64,000 bases of DNA from Podarcis melisellensis (GCA_964234715.1 OZ174288.1), one strand, 5' to 3'. Numbered from the stretch's first letter, positions 39,903 to 51,762 are shown. The notes: a model not told the origin generated them from the letters alone. Numbers and translations: made by a program.

Positions 39903-41997
39903 GTAGGTAATAATGTTCTACAATACACATACTGTATATTTAGCATGTATACTGTTATCTGTGGTGTCAGTTCTAGTTCAAAGGGCAAGCTGCATTATAC
40001 GCAATAAGGCAGAGTAAGAAATAAATGGTTACACATTTAGGCTATGTTCTGTTTGGTGGCACAACTAGGATCCTTCATGCCCAAGGAGGATTTGGATTTT
40101 GTCTTTTAAATAGCAGCAACTGTACTACATTTCAAAATTATATATATAAAATTCCAGAAGCAGTTTTGTGATTAAAACAGAGAGAGAAGCCATAGCTCAA
40201 CAACACACATGCTTTGTTGTTTGCAAAAAGTTGAGGTTCAGTCCCTGGTGCCTCCAGGCAAGGCCTACTATAAATCAGTGTAGAGACAATACTGAGCTAG
40301 ATGGACCACTATTTCAACTTAATATGGCAGATTCCTATGTGAATCTATGGCTCTAAATTCTGCTGACCAAATGCAAGTGAATTTGTACTTAAAGGATCTC
40401 TCTGGGTCCAACTTAGTATTTTGAGAATGAGCTTTCACAGAGTGTGGAGCATGAAGGCTTACTATCACCTTTAGAGTTGTGAATATGTCTACAACAAAAC
40501 CCACACTTTGATTCTTTCAGCAGAACTACATGATGGCTGAAGATTCTGAGAGTTATTAAACAAGGAATTGTGGATTCTGTATTGAAAAGTAAACTTGGTC
40601 CTGTAAAGTGTGTGTATTTCAAATATAAACCCTGTCATTGACTTCCCCTGTGAAAAGTTGCAATCAGGTGGCACTCCTTTTGATGGGAGGATGGAGGAGG
40701 CAGTGCCTGTTAATCTATACTTATTCCTGCAGTCCCCCAGTGCCAATGCCCCATCTTACGATTTGAATTTTGGACATATATGAAACTAGTTTAGTTACTG
40801 ATATGATTTCATTCAAGATGACTTCGTCTTTCTTACAGTGTTGGATTTGCATCCATCTGTAAATTGTTCAGGGATTTTGTAAATTAAAAAACACCATTTG
40901 AGATGGAAGTATTTTTATAGCAGTACATTTCAAAATACATAGAATATGCGTGGCAGTCTGGCTGCTTTCTACTTGAAATAGCAAGGTAAACAGAGGTTCT
41001 GAATGTAAAACACTAGGAGAATTGTGGAAGATTCACTAATGTCTTTTTTAATGACCAGGTGCCTGAGAAACTAGAGAAAGGGGAAACAGAGGGACAGATG
41101 ACTCTTTTAAAGCAGCTTATATCCTGTTTCCTCTCAAGGAGGCATGCTGTGTGGGGATTGCTAGAATTGTAGAGCAAGTGCATTCATTTCCAAGTGGAGT
41201 AAGGTGCTGCTATGTCACTGTAAATTAACTTCAAGGACAGATTTGAGACAAAGCCTTAATCCACCTTGATAAATTATCTTTTATTTGGAAAGTCTGTGTA
41301 AAAGAGCATCTGTGGGGCTACTGTACCTGGGGAGACAGATGAGGAACATAATGTGTATAAAGCTTTCCGCCCTCCTTCCTTATAATCCTTTCTGACTTGA
41401 GGTCTGACCTTGTTCAGGCCAATTTCCCACTTACTCTGGTGTAAGGTGTGCAGGACTGGGCGCCAAATGAGCAGCGCTACTGTCAGAAGATCTTGATCCT
41501 GTGTGAGCAGAGAAAGGTGCTGTCGTAGTTGTAGGCCATATGCTACTTAACTAGCCTAGTTGTAGGCCTCCGCTTACCTCAGGTTGAAGAAACCTGTGTT
41601 AACTACTAGTAGCGCATTTTTAAGTGTAAATTTTGGCATTAACCGCCTTGTTTTACTACTATGTAGTGAGCTACAGCTAGAGCAAGTGGTAACCAAGCAA
41701 CAGAAACATTGTGTGCTTCCAATTATCTAGCTTCCCCAGTAGCAACACGGGTAATAAAAGACAGTTTTTTGTTGCTTTACATTTCTGCCTGGAAATGTAA
41801 CCCTGTTTGGTAGATAACATAAATGGTTGTTCTTAATAAAAAAAAAGATATTCCCTTGTACATAGTAAAGTTTCCACTATGCTTTTTGTTTATTGTTCTA
41901 GAATTAGCAGGAGAATTTCTTTTGGTATAGCAGTTAACATTGACTTAGAAATAGTGCACCTCCTTGAATTTAAACAAAGCATCCCTTTACTTTTCAG

Positions 41998-42024
41998 GTC
42001 TTGATGATGATGGTGATCTCAAAG
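41998..42024 (+). CDS. SUN1: SUN1 coding exon 4 (27-nt microexon)
   Basis: GLDDDGDLK; TTTTCAG acceptor, AAG|GTAACC donor. Confidence 0.92.
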
Positions 42025-42111
42025 GTAACCAGGCAGTCTTTTTCATTATAATTTCTTCTCTCCCAAATTCACTGGATTTGGATTGTTAGATCATTTATTG
42101 CCATTCAACAG

Positions 42112-42306
42112 GTGGAGACACTACAGTGATTCAGGGCAATGGTGACTTAGCAACAGCTGAGAACCAGACAACACTGAGCAATGGGTATACCTGCAGTGAC
42201 TGCAGCATGCTTTCTGAGCGGAAGGAGGTCCTCACAGCATACTCGGCTGCTCGCATGCCATCCTCAAGAATTTACTCCAGGGATCGAAGCCAAAAACACA
42301 AGTCTA
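42112..42306 (+). CDS. SUN1: SUN1 coding exon 5
   Basis: GGDTTVIQGNGDL...NGYTCSDCSMLSERKEVLTA...SRIYSRDRSQKHKS; 195 nt. Confidence 0.93.
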
Positions 42307-43484
42307 GTAAGTAATGTTGGTGTTCATTCTGTTGGTTTACCACTGTTGAGAAATGGTGCATGAATGAAATCTTACTGTGTGAAAAATGTGTTGAGTTATA
42401 TTGGTTTAGGATTCTAGTCCTAAAGGTTGGGGAATTTTTGATTTAATAGAACGTTCCCATGGCGATCTGTCTGCGACTGCTTCTGGTACAAAGGAAGTTC
42501 TTGTGTGCTGCTGATCCTTTTTTGAAGATCATGACATTCTTTCTAATCGAAAACAGAGAAACCCAAGCCGTTTCTAGCATAGAAACACCAGCATGGTAGG
42601 AATTGGTTGCTTCATCTGAACTTGGTAGGCTCTCTTGATGAACAGGTTTATCCAACCCTCATGCGTATGGTAATCTCACATTGCATATCTTCATTGTGAG
42701 GAAGGCATCTGATCACATTTTTGTTCAGAAAAACTCCATAGAACTGGTGTTCTTTCCATAAGCTGTGCCAATAGGCATCTGAAGTAGGAGGCAGAGTTAC
42801 TAGAGCGTGGTTACATTCTTAAATGAGGAAGAATTAAAAGGAGAAAACTTTGTGCACTTGAAAGTGAGAAACCCATCTCCAGAACTACTTTCCCAGACCT
42901 ACTGTATCTAACACATCATTCTTTACTTCTGTCTTATTTTCCAGAATGATCCATCATCTCATTGGGGTTTCTTTACTTAGTGGCAGCCTCTATGAAACTA
43001 TAGGATTATATCTCTCAGTAGTATTGATTGTCTTTGCTTCTAGGAGTTCTGCATTTTGCTTGTCTGAATGTATCCCATGGAAATTAGTGTTGAGAGCGGC
43101 TCATTCTTTCCATGCCATTATTTGAATGCTGAAGAAAAACACATTTTGCGCTAACCAGTTTTGCTCATCTGCCAACTTTTGGCTAGTAAATTTGCAAAGC
43201 AAGGAATGCAGGAAACATTGTGCTACATATTTTTCTGAAGTTGTTAGTTACTTAACAGTGTTTTTCGGTAACTTGGTTGTTGTCTTTTAACCCCACTTAT
43301 TCTCCATGTGCTTCAATGAATGAAAGATAAAAATGACTGTTGCCATGGGGTGACTTCTCATATTTTGGAAAGTAAGAAATAACCTACATGGGTTAGCACC
43401 TACATGGGTTAGCTTTGTATTTTCACTGTGTCAGTCAGTAGAGAAGTGGAAGCAACTAACATGCTACTGATGCTCTTTTAATAG

Positions 43485-43607
43485 GGGGCCTCCCTTTCTA
43501 CACAAATCAGATTCTGCGAGCAGCCAAGTATACCACAACATCTTTTTCATCACTCATAGTGCAGTTATTTCAAATGATCTTGCTGAAGCTGGGCTATGAC
43601 TGTAAAG
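43485..43607 (+). CDS. SUN1: SUN1 coding exon 6 (probable cassette; hydrophobic segment)
   Basis: GLPFYTNQILRAAKYTTTSFSSLIVQLFQMILLKLGYDCK; 123 nt, phase 1-1; ACTAAC upstream. Confidence 0.85.
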
Positions 43608-45228
43608 GTATTTCGTTTTTTAGCTTATCTTTTTCTTTGTCCATCCGTGCCACACACTTAAAAAACAAATTCTGAACCCCTCTGCTGCCTTAGTGTGTGT
43701 ATGCTTCTTCATGTCTTTCACTCTGCAGCTTTATTATGTCCTCTTTGGTGACCTGGCTTCTTTCTTGCTTTCAGTTGCCTGCCTTATATATATATATTCT
43801 CTTAGAAGCATCGGTATGCAGGCACAAGGCACTGGTGCAGGTTCTCCTTTTTTCTTCCTTTCTTGAAAAGGCATGAATAGTGGGTTTTGAATGAAAGCTT
43901 AACATTGATTATGAAAGTAGATTATTTAAATTGCATTACATTATAGATAAAAATCACACTGTCCCAGTCTTTAAGTGCTGGGGTGTTTTTTCCTTTTTTT
44001 AGTGTTTAAATACAGTGTACAGTATTTAACAACAAACATGCTTGCTTTGGTCAGGTGCATTACATATTCCACGATAAAAGTGTAACTCCTGGCTGTCAGT
44101 GGCCAACTACTGCTTCTCATTTGCGTTTTTAAGATAGTCCCATTAAACATTTTTACATGAATGCCCAGAAATGTAATGTGTGGATGTGACAAGTGTGTTT
44201 TCATCTACATATATCATACCAGTCTGTGCCCAAGGGAGCTGGGATGGTCTGCAGCTTCTGTAGCAAACCCACACTTCCATTGCATAATACTGTGCTTGCA
44301 ATATTGGCCCTGGATACAAAGAACCATGCATCTAATGCCCAAGAGCACTTTGAAATTATGTTTCTCAAGCACCATGGCAAACCTGTTTTTGGTACTGTGT
44401 GACATGACATTCTGATCTGCAAATTCCACCATATGGGGCTGAGCCCTTGGTGACCTCTTTGGATCTTGGTGTCGTCTTGTAATGGCCTCTCTCATCAAGA
44501 TGTACTTGGTTTCTCTTTCATGATTTGTTTCCTGCAGGAAATCAAAGCATATTAAAGTATTTTAAAATATTTTTCTGGCGTCCCTTGGTCTCCAGAAGTG
44601 AAAAGAGAGTGTGTTTAAAATGTCAGAAACAGCAGGCCTGGTCTTCTTTCGAAGGCTTCTAAGCAGGACAAATATTAGCAAGCAACAATCACCCAGGAAT
44701 ATAAATAGCCTTAGAAATGCAGACCAGCAGAATTCATGAGCAACCTGCCCCCCCCCCCGCAAAAAACTAAGATGGAGCATAGCTCATCCTAGTTAGTTCA
44801 ACTTAAACATCATTTTCTAGGTTGAGTTTTTTAGGACCTCAACTAGCTTTTAACAAAAGAGAATCATTTATTTGCTGTCAGCTATGTGCAAACTGGGGTA
44901 CTGTATATATGGGTACAATCCAAAGAACAGCTGGCCTTAAAATAGGCACACCCTGAGGGTCTTTATGTTTGTATTTCTTCACCACACTACTCCAAAGATA
45001 CCTGTGCTGTCCCCTTTTTCTCCTTTCTGGGTGTGGGGTTGTGAGCTGCTTTTGTAAATAAGGTGACTTTCCATGTCATGTTGCAGTTTATCTGTGAAAG
45101 ATGCTGTGCAAAGAGATTGCAGTGGACACATCGTGCCTGCTGTTGGACCTTTCTGGATTGCATTTTCTGTTTTTGTAGCCTGTGAAAATCTTTGTTCTTC
45201 TTAATTATTTGTTTTTCTTGTGCTGCAG

Positions 45229-45312
45229 CTCACTCTAGCTACTGTGGAAGCATGAATGTAAAAGAATTTCTCAGGGAAGATGGCCACCTGGGTATGAATG
45301 GAGAATCAATGT
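45229..45312 (+). CDS. SUN1: SUN1 coding exon 7 (probable cassette)
   Basis: AHSSYCGSMNVKEFLREDGHLGMNGESM; 84 nt, phase 1-1; T|GTAAGT donor. Confidence 0.88.
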
Positions 45313-45879
45313 GTAAGTTTGACAGATTTTTAAAAAGTGCTATTTTATTTATTGTTGCATTTAAATCCCACCTTTCCTCTAAGGAGATGAAGGTGGCATA
45401 CATGGTGGCATTCCCATTTTGTCATAACAACCCTGTTAATAATTCTGACTTTTGCAGGGATATTCCGTAATTTTGTGGAAGCTGGAAAAGCAATGTATCT
45501 TGGCCATGATTCATCCTGCACTTGCAGGATGTTCCAGTTGTTCGCTCCGTTACCTCTCTAAGTCCTTTATTATCAATTGCTTTTTAACAGTTGTCTTTAT
45601 AGATGCAACTGTCTATGGGATTTAATTTTATTTGTCACTAAAAGTTGGGTGGCAAATCTGCAGCATGAATGTGTCAAGTGATACAGACCACAGAGGTTTG
45701 TGGCATGCCTGCCTCTCCCCTACTGCATTGCTGCCTGCTCCCATTTCTATAGACAAGAGGCAGAAACACACCAAGATTCTGGGGGAGGAATCTGGGGAAA
45801 ATAAATTTCTGTGACATATCTGGCACACCACTGTCTTCTTGAATGTGTTATATTAATTGATTGTTACCACAACCAACAG

Positions 45880-45990
45880 GTGATGACTGTAAGGGGAAGA
45901 AACACCTTGAAACACACACAACAGCCCACATGCAATCCTCAAGGTCTAAAAGAGTAGCAAGGACCATTTGGCACATCTTTTCTTACACAG
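45880..45990 (+). CDS. SUN1: SUN1 coding exon 8
   Basis: CDDCKGKKHLETHTTAHMQSSRSKRVARTIWHIFSYT; 111 nt, phase 1-1. Confidence 0.92.
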
Positions 45991-46687
45991 GTTGACTTGC
46001 ACCATTTTGTTTTCGTATTTTGATTTCTTTTGCTCTCATCATCACAATCTCTTCATTGTTAATTGCTCTCTCTGTTGTTGTTTTTAGAGCTTTCTTGCAA
46101 AGTAGATTAGAGTGACTTGCTTGTGTCAGCCAACACCTCTTATCAGCTCTTGCTATGAGTTTAGGTTGACCCCTGTCGTGAAGGAAGGTTGGAGCAGATA
46201 ATCCTCATTCTACATATGTTGCAGAACTGTTAGGAAGGCAGAATACAATAGCTTGTGCTATTGTGCTAAAATGGAATGTTACAGATGAGGAACAATAATC
46301 TTAAAGAAGAGAGTTTTTGGTCGTCGTCCCCCCCCCAAATCTTCTAGCTAAAATAGATCTGCACCTAATAAATACAGTCTTTTTATTTTAATAACAAATG
46401 CTTAGCAGTATGACTCTTTCAGTGAAGTATGTAGTATTCTCTCTCAAAACCATTCTTGTTTATTAAAAATAACATGGTAGTAAACCCATGGAAAACAGAG
46501 CCTGTTGAATTATCAAATCCAATGTTTCTTTATAATGTTAGTTCCAGTTTTTCTCTGCTGTAATGCTAATAAAATATTTTGTATGTGGATGAAAAACAAA
46601 ACAATCCCAGAGTGTTTTAAAATGGTAGTGTTTTTAATTGAAGATGCTCCCCATTTTCTGTGTTCATATTCATCTGTGTTATATTAG

Positions 46688-46786
46688 GTTACTTCTTGCT
46701 ACATATGTTACAAAGAATGGGAACAGCAGGATGGTTTGTGTCCAGGAAGATTATGTCACTCCTTTGGCTAGCTGTTGTGTCTCCAG
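46688..46786 (+). CDS. SUN1: SUN1 coding exon 9
   Basis: GYFLLHMLQRMGTAGWFVSRKIMSLLWLAVVSP; 99 nt, phase 1-1. Confidence 0.92.
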
Positions 46787-47241
46787 GTTACTATTGATTT
46801 TGTGTGTGTATGTTTATGCTTTTGCATGAGTATTCTGCCTTTTAAAGCATACTGGCATCTTATGGTAGATGTGATCAGCTGATTTAACCTGGATTTGTGA
46901 TCCTTATGGCAGCTTCAAATGCTACACAGAAACATTTCCTACACAAAAAGCACTTCCTGTAAGTGTCATGGGGCTTGTTTGCACCATCAGTATACCTGAT
47001 GAGGCATGGGCTTTGGAAAGAAGTCTTTCAAATCAATAGGCAGAAATCTCTGTATAGAACTACCTACCTAACCGTCCGGAGATCAGGAGGAACCAACCAC
47101 TTTCTATTTCCTGCAGGCACTAGCCCTGCTATGAACAAAAGGTCACAAGTGTTCTCCATCGTCCTATACAGCTTCGCCTTCTTAGTTCCTGAATGTCCAG
47201 CATTTTTATTTGGAAAAGAGGATGAAACTTGTGTGTAGACT

Positions 47242-47697
47242 CAGTGGCATAGCTAGCCGCTTGGGTGCTGGGGGCGGCCCACACGTCCTGCAGCCGGGGG
47301 CAGGGCGAGCCACTTATAGGAGCTGGGCATGCTGCATGGAGCCTCTCTGCTGCCTTCCCCTCAGCTGTAGGGCGGCTGAGGGAGAGGCAGTGGGCACATG
47401 CAAGCCCCATGCTGTCGTTTCAGGCAACGCGGAACCTGCAGGCACCCAAGCCACCACCTCACTCCCAGGAGAGACATGTGGCTGGCACACGCTGCAGGCC
47501 CCTCAGTAACTGCTAGCCCCTGCGGTGTGGCACCTAGTGCCAATCGCGTTTCGTTATGTTTGTTGACCAAACTAATACGTTTCGTGAGCCCAGTGTTGTT
47601 GGTTTTTTTTAAAAAAACAACCACCCTCATATTTTTGTCTGTCACACCCCTCAGTGATGAGACCCGGGCGGCCCACACACCCCTTCCTCTGCCACGG
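47242..47697. mobile_element. GC-rich non-autonomous hAT element in SUN1 intron
   Basis: Ends CAGTGGCA / TGCCACGG; perfect 8-bp TSD TGTAGACT at 47234-47241 and 47698-47705. Confidence 0.85.
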
Positions 47698-48681
47698 TGT
47701 AGACTGGCTTAGTTTTCACATTGTTGCCTATGTTGAAGCGCTTTTCATGTAGGAAATGAACTTGTTTCAAGCATCCTTTTGGTTTTTCCATCGTTGTTTG
47801 CTTAATGCTAACATCTGTAGCATGGTTGTGTTCACAGCTTATTAATAACCCGGCATACCTTATACAGTGTGCCTGCTTCCAGTATTTCGAGGCAGAATTA
47901 GCTAGTTGTGAAAACAGAGGGCTGCTCTCAGAAATAGAGAAACTGACTCCTTGCAATTCCATGTAACCTTGGGCATCTTACTTCATCTCATTCCCCAAGG
48001 GGTTTCATTGACACACTAAGTACATATTAAGAATGCAGCTTCAGCATGCACTTTTCTTTTGTAAATTGTCAGACTTAAGTTGCTACTGCATTACTCTCTG
48101 CTGCATGACTTTGTGCATGTGTGTGTGACATTTCAGGTTATGAATATAGATTGTAATATGATGTGTTATGCACTGATTTCAATGTTGCATGTGTGTGGTC
48201 ATTTGCCAATACTCATTTATTCCCAAAATCTGCATGTCCTATAATATTCTTCTACAGCACTAACTTGTTGCTTCCACTTGGTCTCCTCCTAAGCCAGTGG
48301 TTTTCAAACTGTGTTCCAGGGAAGCTTAGATCTCCTCAATGAAAAGATGTGTAATGGTGGACAAACTTTCCCTAGAGGCTACTCGCCCAACGTTACAGAA
48401 CATCCCCTGCAGTGTGAAGCTACAGGGCCATGTTGGCTGTCTCCTTGGGTGCATCTTGGTTCATGGATGATAGTGGCCAAGCTCTGCAGGCCTAGCCAGT
48501 GTCTGTGTGAACAGAGGATGTGACTTAGTATATGTCCCAGGATCTTCATCCACTTACAGGGATTCCCAGCAGACATGTTGATTTGGAAAAGTTTCCCTGA
48601 AGACCCAAATGTTTGAAAACTATTGTCTTTGGTGGTTATCTTACATTCCCAATTCAGCCAGCGTTGTCTGTTCTCATCTAG

Positions 48682-48775
48682 GGAAGGCAGCTGCAGGAGT
48701 GTTCTGGTGGCTTGGGACTGGATGGTATCAACTTGTTACTCTGATTTCTTTGCTGAATGTGTTCCTTCTTACAAG
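48682..48775 (+). CDS. SUN1: SUN1 coding exon 10 (hydrophobic segment)
   Basis: GKAAAGVFWWLGTGWYQLVTLISLLNVFLLTR, highly recognisable SUN1 segment. Confidence 0.95.
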
Positions 48776-49720
48776 GTTTGTAAGCATTTCTTCACAGAAT
48801 TTGATCACCATGTGTTTAGAAGAGCCATGACTGTAGATCAGTTTTCTTCATCACAGTTTTATCACTGGAAACAATTGGATTAAAGATGATACAGTCTCAT
48901 TTTTCAGCTGGTTCATACATTATGACAAACCACTGGATTATTACAAAGCGCAGGGAGTCTTGGACACAAATGTTCTCCCCCAACTCCATGATGTGGTTGC
49001 AAACAGATTGGAAACTTTCATTTTCGTTTTAAAACAACCACTGTTTGTCAAGGACAAACAGTGATTAATTTTAATATTTGATCCTATTGCTGTTGGTTGA
49101 AATAAGCCAGCATCAAACCATTGATTATAAAAATGACATGTTTCAACAAGCCATAGTTAAAGTTAACCACCGATTAGGTTACAGATGTATTGCTATACTG
49201 ATGTTTGCTGAAAATGGAAATGAAAGTGTCCAGTCTTCACAGCTATGCTGTGGGTGCCAGGGTGTCCACAGGCTGAAGCTTGCTGCTACTTGCTCTTGTT
49301 ATGATGAACCATGTGCATTGGAAAGCACTCAGTTTACTGAGCTTGTTTGGTGGTTATTAAATTCTGCAAGCTAGGCTAAGAAGTTGCCTCCTGGTTTCAA
49401 TACTGGGGTTCTCAAGACAAAGTGGTAGATTTTCTCTGAAAGAATAACGCTACCCTGAGCAGATTGGGATCCAATTTAGGATAGAGAGAGAGAGATTTAT
49501 TATTTTATTTTAGTAACCAAAACTAAAAAAAGTATGCCATGTTAATTTCCCTTGCTGTATAAATATCTCAGAAGTCCCCCCCAAAAAAGTATTTGAATTA
49601 AAATATCTTCCTTTTAAATGAATAAAATAAAATAAAGCATAGTTAATGTACATAAAAACAAATTCAAATCAAACAAATACTTTGTTTGGAAACTTCAGTT
49701 TGTTGGAATACTTGTAAGTA

Positions 49721-49962
49721 CAGTGGTACCTCGGGTTACATACGCTTCAGGTTACATACGCTTCAGGTTACAGACTCTGCTAACCCAGAAATAGTACCTC
49801 GGGTTAAGAACTTTGCTTCAGGATGAGAACAGAAATCGTGCTCCGGTGGCTTGGCGGCAGCAGGAGGCCCCGTTAGCTAAAGTGGTGCTTCAGGTTAAGA
49901 ACAGTTTCAGGTTAAGAACAGACCTCTGGGACGAATTAAGTACTTAACCCAAGGTACCACTG
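49721..49962. mobile_element. Tc1/mariner-superfamily (Tigger/pogo-like) MITE, complete
   Basis: TIR CAGTGGTACCTCGGGTTA / TAACCCAAGGTACCACTG with TA on both sides. Confidence 0.9.
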
Positions 49963-50619
49963 TATTTTAAGCATGGCAAATCTTTTTAAAGAAAGAAAAT
50001 GTTAGCACTGAAACTGGTTAAATTAACTTGGCCATGCTCTAAGAACTTCCTGTCCCCATTCCAGTTGCTCAGTTTGACTTGTATTAATTCATTATATTAT
50101 TTTTAAAAAATGTATATAGTAATGTATTCCACAAATGGAAACTTTTCAATGGATGAATATAGCAGTGGAAAAAATTCCATCCCACATCACTCCTCTAAAT
50201 TTATTTTTAAAATTGACTTTATAACACAGAGGAGAGATAATGGCCACAATCCTAAAATCCATGCAATTTATTTTCTGTGACCATCAGGACTGGAACACAA
50301 GCTTTTATTGAGAACATCAGTGCATTCCAGATGCAGTTGGCAGTACATCACACCAAGTCACTGTTCAAGAGAGAAAAGTCGTCCTAGGCACCTTTTAAGC
50401 CTATGGGCAAGTCTAAACTGTTCTAGATTGTGGTTTGTAGTCTAATATGTGCTGCTGTTTTCTCTCTGAATGGGTTACAAAACTATTGTTGGCATTGTTA
50501 CAGATCACGGTCATACAGAGCTTAAGTAATGGAATTGAAATTTCCAGTTATATGTTACATGTTCAGGCAACCAATGGCAGTGAGCTAATTACAGTGAAAT
50601 TCCTTTATCTATTTTCCAG

Positions 50620-50678
50620 ATGCCTTCCAAAGATATTCAGACTGCTGTTGTTTCTCCTCCCGCTATTGCTGTTGCTAG
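50620..50678 (+). CDS. SUN1: SUN1 coding exon 11 (transmembrane helix)
   Basis: RCLPKIFRLLLFLLPLLLLL; TTTTCCAG acceptor, TAG|GTAGGC donor. Confidence 0.93.
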
Positions 50679-50824
50679 GTAGGCGGAAATGTATCAGTAG
50701 AATGAGCCTGAAATCTTACTAATCTAGGTTACCTATTTATAGGGTTGTGTGTATTCAGCCTACATGTGTGGCCCACTCAGACTGAATGCAGCCAACCAGC
50801 CACATAACAGTGGTTCATCTAGAA

Positions 50825-51005
50825 CAGGGATGTCCAACTTGCAAGAGACTGCGATCTACTCCCACTATAAAAACACTGGCAGTGATCTACCCATTGGATT
50901 GACCAAAGTTGTTGAGCTTTTTGGGGGGAGCCTTCACCAAAGTTGTTGACCAGGAATGCCCCACGATCAACCGGGTGATCGCGATCAACTGGTTGGACAT
51001 CCCAG
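50825..51005. mobile_element. hAT MITE
   Basis: TIR CAGGGATGTCCAAC / GTTGGACATCCCAG; TSD ATCTAGAA at 50817-50824 and 51006-51013. Confidence 0.85.
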
Positions 51006-51013
51006 ATCTAGAA

Positions 51014-51145
51014 TAATTTCCCAAACTTGGATCTCAAGCTGTTTTTGGACTACAACCATCATCCCTAGCTAGTAGGACCAGTGGTCAGAGGTGATGGGAA
51101 TTGAAGTCCAAAAAAAAACTGGAAGCCCAAGTTTGGGAAACACTT
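51014..51145. mobile_element. Palindromic hAT-type MITE related to the 14306 element
   Basis: Arms TTTCCCAAACTTGG / CCAAGTTTGGGAAA; ATCTAGAA on both sides (51006-51013, 51146-51153). Confidence 0.8.
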
Positions 51146-51184
51146 ATCTAGAAGCTTGAGCAGTCTTTTTCTCTGCTTGCCTAG

Positions 51185-51187
<3 letters not shown>

Positions 51188-51222
<35 letters not shown>
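51188..51222. repeat. (TG)n microsatellite
   Basis: About 17 perfect TG units. Confidence 0.95.
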
Positions 51223-51224
<2 letters not shown>

Positions 51225-51366
51225 ACATGCCTGATACCTGGTGAGCCACAATTATGATGAATAATTCATTGCAGAGCCCAACATCCAATCCATGTAGGTG
51301 TGGTCCGCTCCCACCACAACTGGAAGGTTAAGAGTGTGCCCAGCTACACAGATGTAGGATGTAGAC

Positions 51367-51615
51367 CATGGGTATGCAAACTAAGGCCCAGGGGCCGGAT
51401 TGGCCCAATCGCCTTCTAAATCCAGCCTGCAGACTGTCCGGGAATCAGCGTGCTTTTACATGAGTAGAATGTGTCCTTTTATTTAAAATACATCTCTGGG
51501 TTATTTGTGGGGCATAGGAATTTGGTCATCCCCCCCCCAAAAAAATAGTCTGCCCCCCCACAAGGTCTGAGGGATAGTGGACCAGCCCCCTGCTGAAAAT
51601 GTTTGCTGACTCCTG
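51367..51615. mobile_element. hAT-Charlie-like non-autonomous element
   Basis: Ends CATGGGTATGCAAAC / GTTTGCTGACTCCTG; near-perfect TSD ATGTAGAC / ATATAGAC. Confidence 0.75.
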
Positions 51616-51762
51616 ATATAGACTGTGGTCAAAGTTATTAATTTAATGATTAATGCCGAATTAAAGTTGGTTTATTTTGTCGAACTTACTTTAGAAAAAA
51701 ATCTGAGGATTTCCTGTTAGCAAGATATTTATCTTTACCCCTTTTTGCCTTCTTTCTTTTAG

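Noticed and set aside
44538-44662. Acceptor TTTCCTGCAG followed by about 40 open codons in phase 1
   Set aside because: No convincing donor and the peptide is not recognisable as SUN1; could be chance.
47129-47712. Cluster of 83-105 aa ORFs
   Set aside because: They lie within or overlap the GC-rich hAT element; no transposase motifs seen.
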